This document shows, piece by piece, positions 62,436 to 64,000 of a stretch of 64,000 bases of DNA. The notes below the pieces were generated by a model, which ran no database searches, had not been told where the DNA came from, and saw only the letters and a list, made by a program, of their open reading frames with translations. Each line of letters starts with the position of its first letter. Positions within the stretch are counted from its first letter, which is position 1. The position numbers and the translations under genes are program-made. Source of the DNA: Gammaproteobacteria bacterium (lineage in GTDB: Bacteria; Pseudomonadota; Gammaproteobacteria; UBA4575); assembly GCA_965221955.1 (NCBI GenBank), contig CBDCTA010000029.1:224001-288000 (forward strand), given 5' to 3'.

Positions 62436-63113
62436 TTAATTATCTGGAAAGGTTTTGTTTGCTCTAAGTCCTTGCTCAACTGCGATAACGGCCGCTTCAA
62501 CACGGGAGTGAATGTTTAATTTTCTTAGAATAGCTTTAACATGAAGTTTAACGGTGCCATCAGAGATACCTAGATTTCTGGCGATGACTTTGTTGCTTTG
62601 ACCTTCGGCTAACAAACTTAAAATCTCACGTTCTCTTGGGGTGAGATTATCGAGAGGGCTAGGTTCGGGTTCCAGTGGATCTTCACCTTTGACAACTTTG
62701 GCGAGTATCTGGGTCAAATTCGGTGCAACTACTGTTTCACCTTGAATGATTTCACGCAGTGCGGCTACAACATCATCTGGTTCCATGTCTTTTAATAAGT
62801 AACCTTTGGCGCCATTGCGCAGAGCTTCTACTAAATCGCGCTCATCACCACTGGTGGTTAACATCACGATGGGGGCTTCAAATTTAACCTGTTGGAATTG
62901 CTTGAGAACTTCGAGTCCACTCATGCCTGGCATGCGCATATCTAATAAAACAATATCGGGTCTGAGTTCTTGGGCAAGACGAATACCTTCGCGGCCATCT
63001 CCGACTGAAGCTACGACTTCAATACCATGGCGACCTAGCAGGCTTTGTAATCCATCACGAAATAAGGTGTGATCATCGATGACAACGATGCGTAATGCAG
63101 TTTCCATGCTCAT
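62436..63113 (-). CDS. NarL/LuxR-family response regulator
   Basis: IDDH, LLDMRMP, GYLLKD, LTPREREIL...SNKVIA...TVKLHV. Confidence 0.95.
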   Translation of the reverse strand: MSMETALRIVVIDDHTLFRDGLQSLLGRHGIEVVASVGDGREGIRLAQELRPDIVLLDMRMPGMSGLEVLKQFQQVKFEAPIVMLTTSGDERDLVEALRNGAKGYLLKDMEPDDVVAALREIIQGETVVAPNLTQILAKVVKGEDPLEPEPSPLDNLTPREREILSLLAEGQSNKVIARNLGISDGTVKLHVKAILRKLNIHSRVEAAVIAVEQGLRANKTFPDN

Positions 63114-64000
63114 ATCTCTTGGCTTATTTTCTCATTATTATTGATATTCTGCAGATTTGTATCTTGCAGGTCATTGGGGAAATAATCAAATTCTAGGCGT
63201 ACTTGTACGCCTTCCCCAGTATCCCCGTCGATGCTGAGTGTACCACCAATTCGGTTGGCACGGTCTTTCATGACGCTCAGTCCAACGTGCTCCCCAGCCG
63301 TATTTTTCTTCTGCCGTTCAGAGATGCCCATACCATCATCTTCAATTAATACGATGTAATGGCCTTTTTCATCGCCCTGCATCCACACCCTCACTACATT
63401 GGCTTCGCTGTGTTTGCGTACATTAGTGAGTGCTTCTTGGATAATGCGTAACACCTGTAGCTCAATTTGTGCGGGTAGTTTGGTGTCAGGCCATTCTTTT
63501 TGTAAATATACTTGTACGTCATCACAATCTTGTTTAAATCGCTCAACGGTTTGTTCTACAGATGCGATGAGACTGTGCTCACCTATGGGTACCCGAAAAT
63601 GAGCAATCAGTGCACGTAGCTCGGAGTGAGCTTCATCAATAGTCGTTTCTATACGTTCGAGTTCTTGCCAAGTAGCGGCTTCATCTCCTTGGTGTATAGT
63701 TTCATCCAATACACGTACTTGGTATTTAACACTGGCTAGCGTTTGCGCTAAAGAATCATGTAATTCATTAGCAAAACTCGTACGTTCTCGCACAATATTT
63801 AGTGCATTGGCTTCTTTATCTAAACGGGCTTTCTCTATTGCAATTCCAAGATGTGTGCCAATACTAGTGTATAGGTCTTGATATTCACTTTTATCCGCAA
63901 AGCGATCTTTGTCTATATATAAATTGTAAACACCTAAGATGTCTCCACGGTATTGCAGCGGTACGACAAGGATGGATAAATTTCTACCGTCGAAGTAACG
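63110..64000 (-). CDS. NarX/NarQ-like (GAF-HisKA_3-HATPase) sensor kinase, 5'-truncated
   Basis: Frame open to the window end (VVPLQYRGDILGVYNL, GAF-like); ELHDSLAQ, EALTNVRKH, DDGMG, HVGLSVM; stop overlaps the regulator start. Confidence 0.92.
   Translation of the reverse strand, partial: RYFDGRNLSILVVPLQYRGDILGVYNLYIDKDRFADKSEYQDLYTSIGTHLGIAIEKARLDKEANALNIVRERTSFANELHDSLAQTLASVKYQVRVLDETIHQGDEAATWQELERIETTIDEAHSELRALIAHFRVPIGEHSLIASVEQTVERFKQDCDDVQVYLQKEWPDTKLPAQIELQVLRIIQEALTNVRKHSEANVVRVWMQGDEKGHYIVLIEDDGMGISERQKKNTAGEHVGLSVMKDRANRIGGTLSIDGDTGEGVQVRLEFDYFPNDLQDTNLQNINNNEKISQEI

Overview
A 64-kb, AT-rich chromosomal segment from a bacterium that looks like a free-living (probably marine, possibly sulfur-metabolising) Gammaproteobacterium; the taxonomy is inferred from gene content only. 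Housekeeping genes are glycerate kinase, gltBD, ttcA, a rhomboid protease, an ABC-F, nrdAB with tandem NrdR boxes and a DnaA box, an ATM1-type ABC transporter and a NarXL-like two-component system. They are mixed with many redox, sulfur and stress genes: three rhodaneses, GST, a secreted animal-type heme peroxidase, an RclA/MerA-like flavoprotein, a cupin-AraC regulator, YHS, DUF3179, DUF547 and a di-heme MauG/MbnH-like enzyme. I found no rRNA, tRNA, CRISPR array, transposase or prophage. The best signals are outside the supplied ORF track: (1) a dispersed family of ~50-nt two-hairpin elements with ANGGA loops, compensatory base changes, one nested insertion and the same placement after two terminators; (2) a sigma-54 promoter with an NtrC-like site upstream of an unannotated 36-aa membrane peptide and a cluster of these elements; (3) unannotated small ORFs (a 56-aa DRR-repeat peptide near a GGDEF-EAL gene and a 57-aa CxxC peptide). 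Also notable are a glutamate-cysteine-ligase-like/M14 hydrolase fusion with a perfect FNR box, two paralogous 28-residue-repeat coiled-coil proteins, and a one-base frameshift splitting a DUF3179 gene. All family calls come from recognising motifs by eye, not from database searches.
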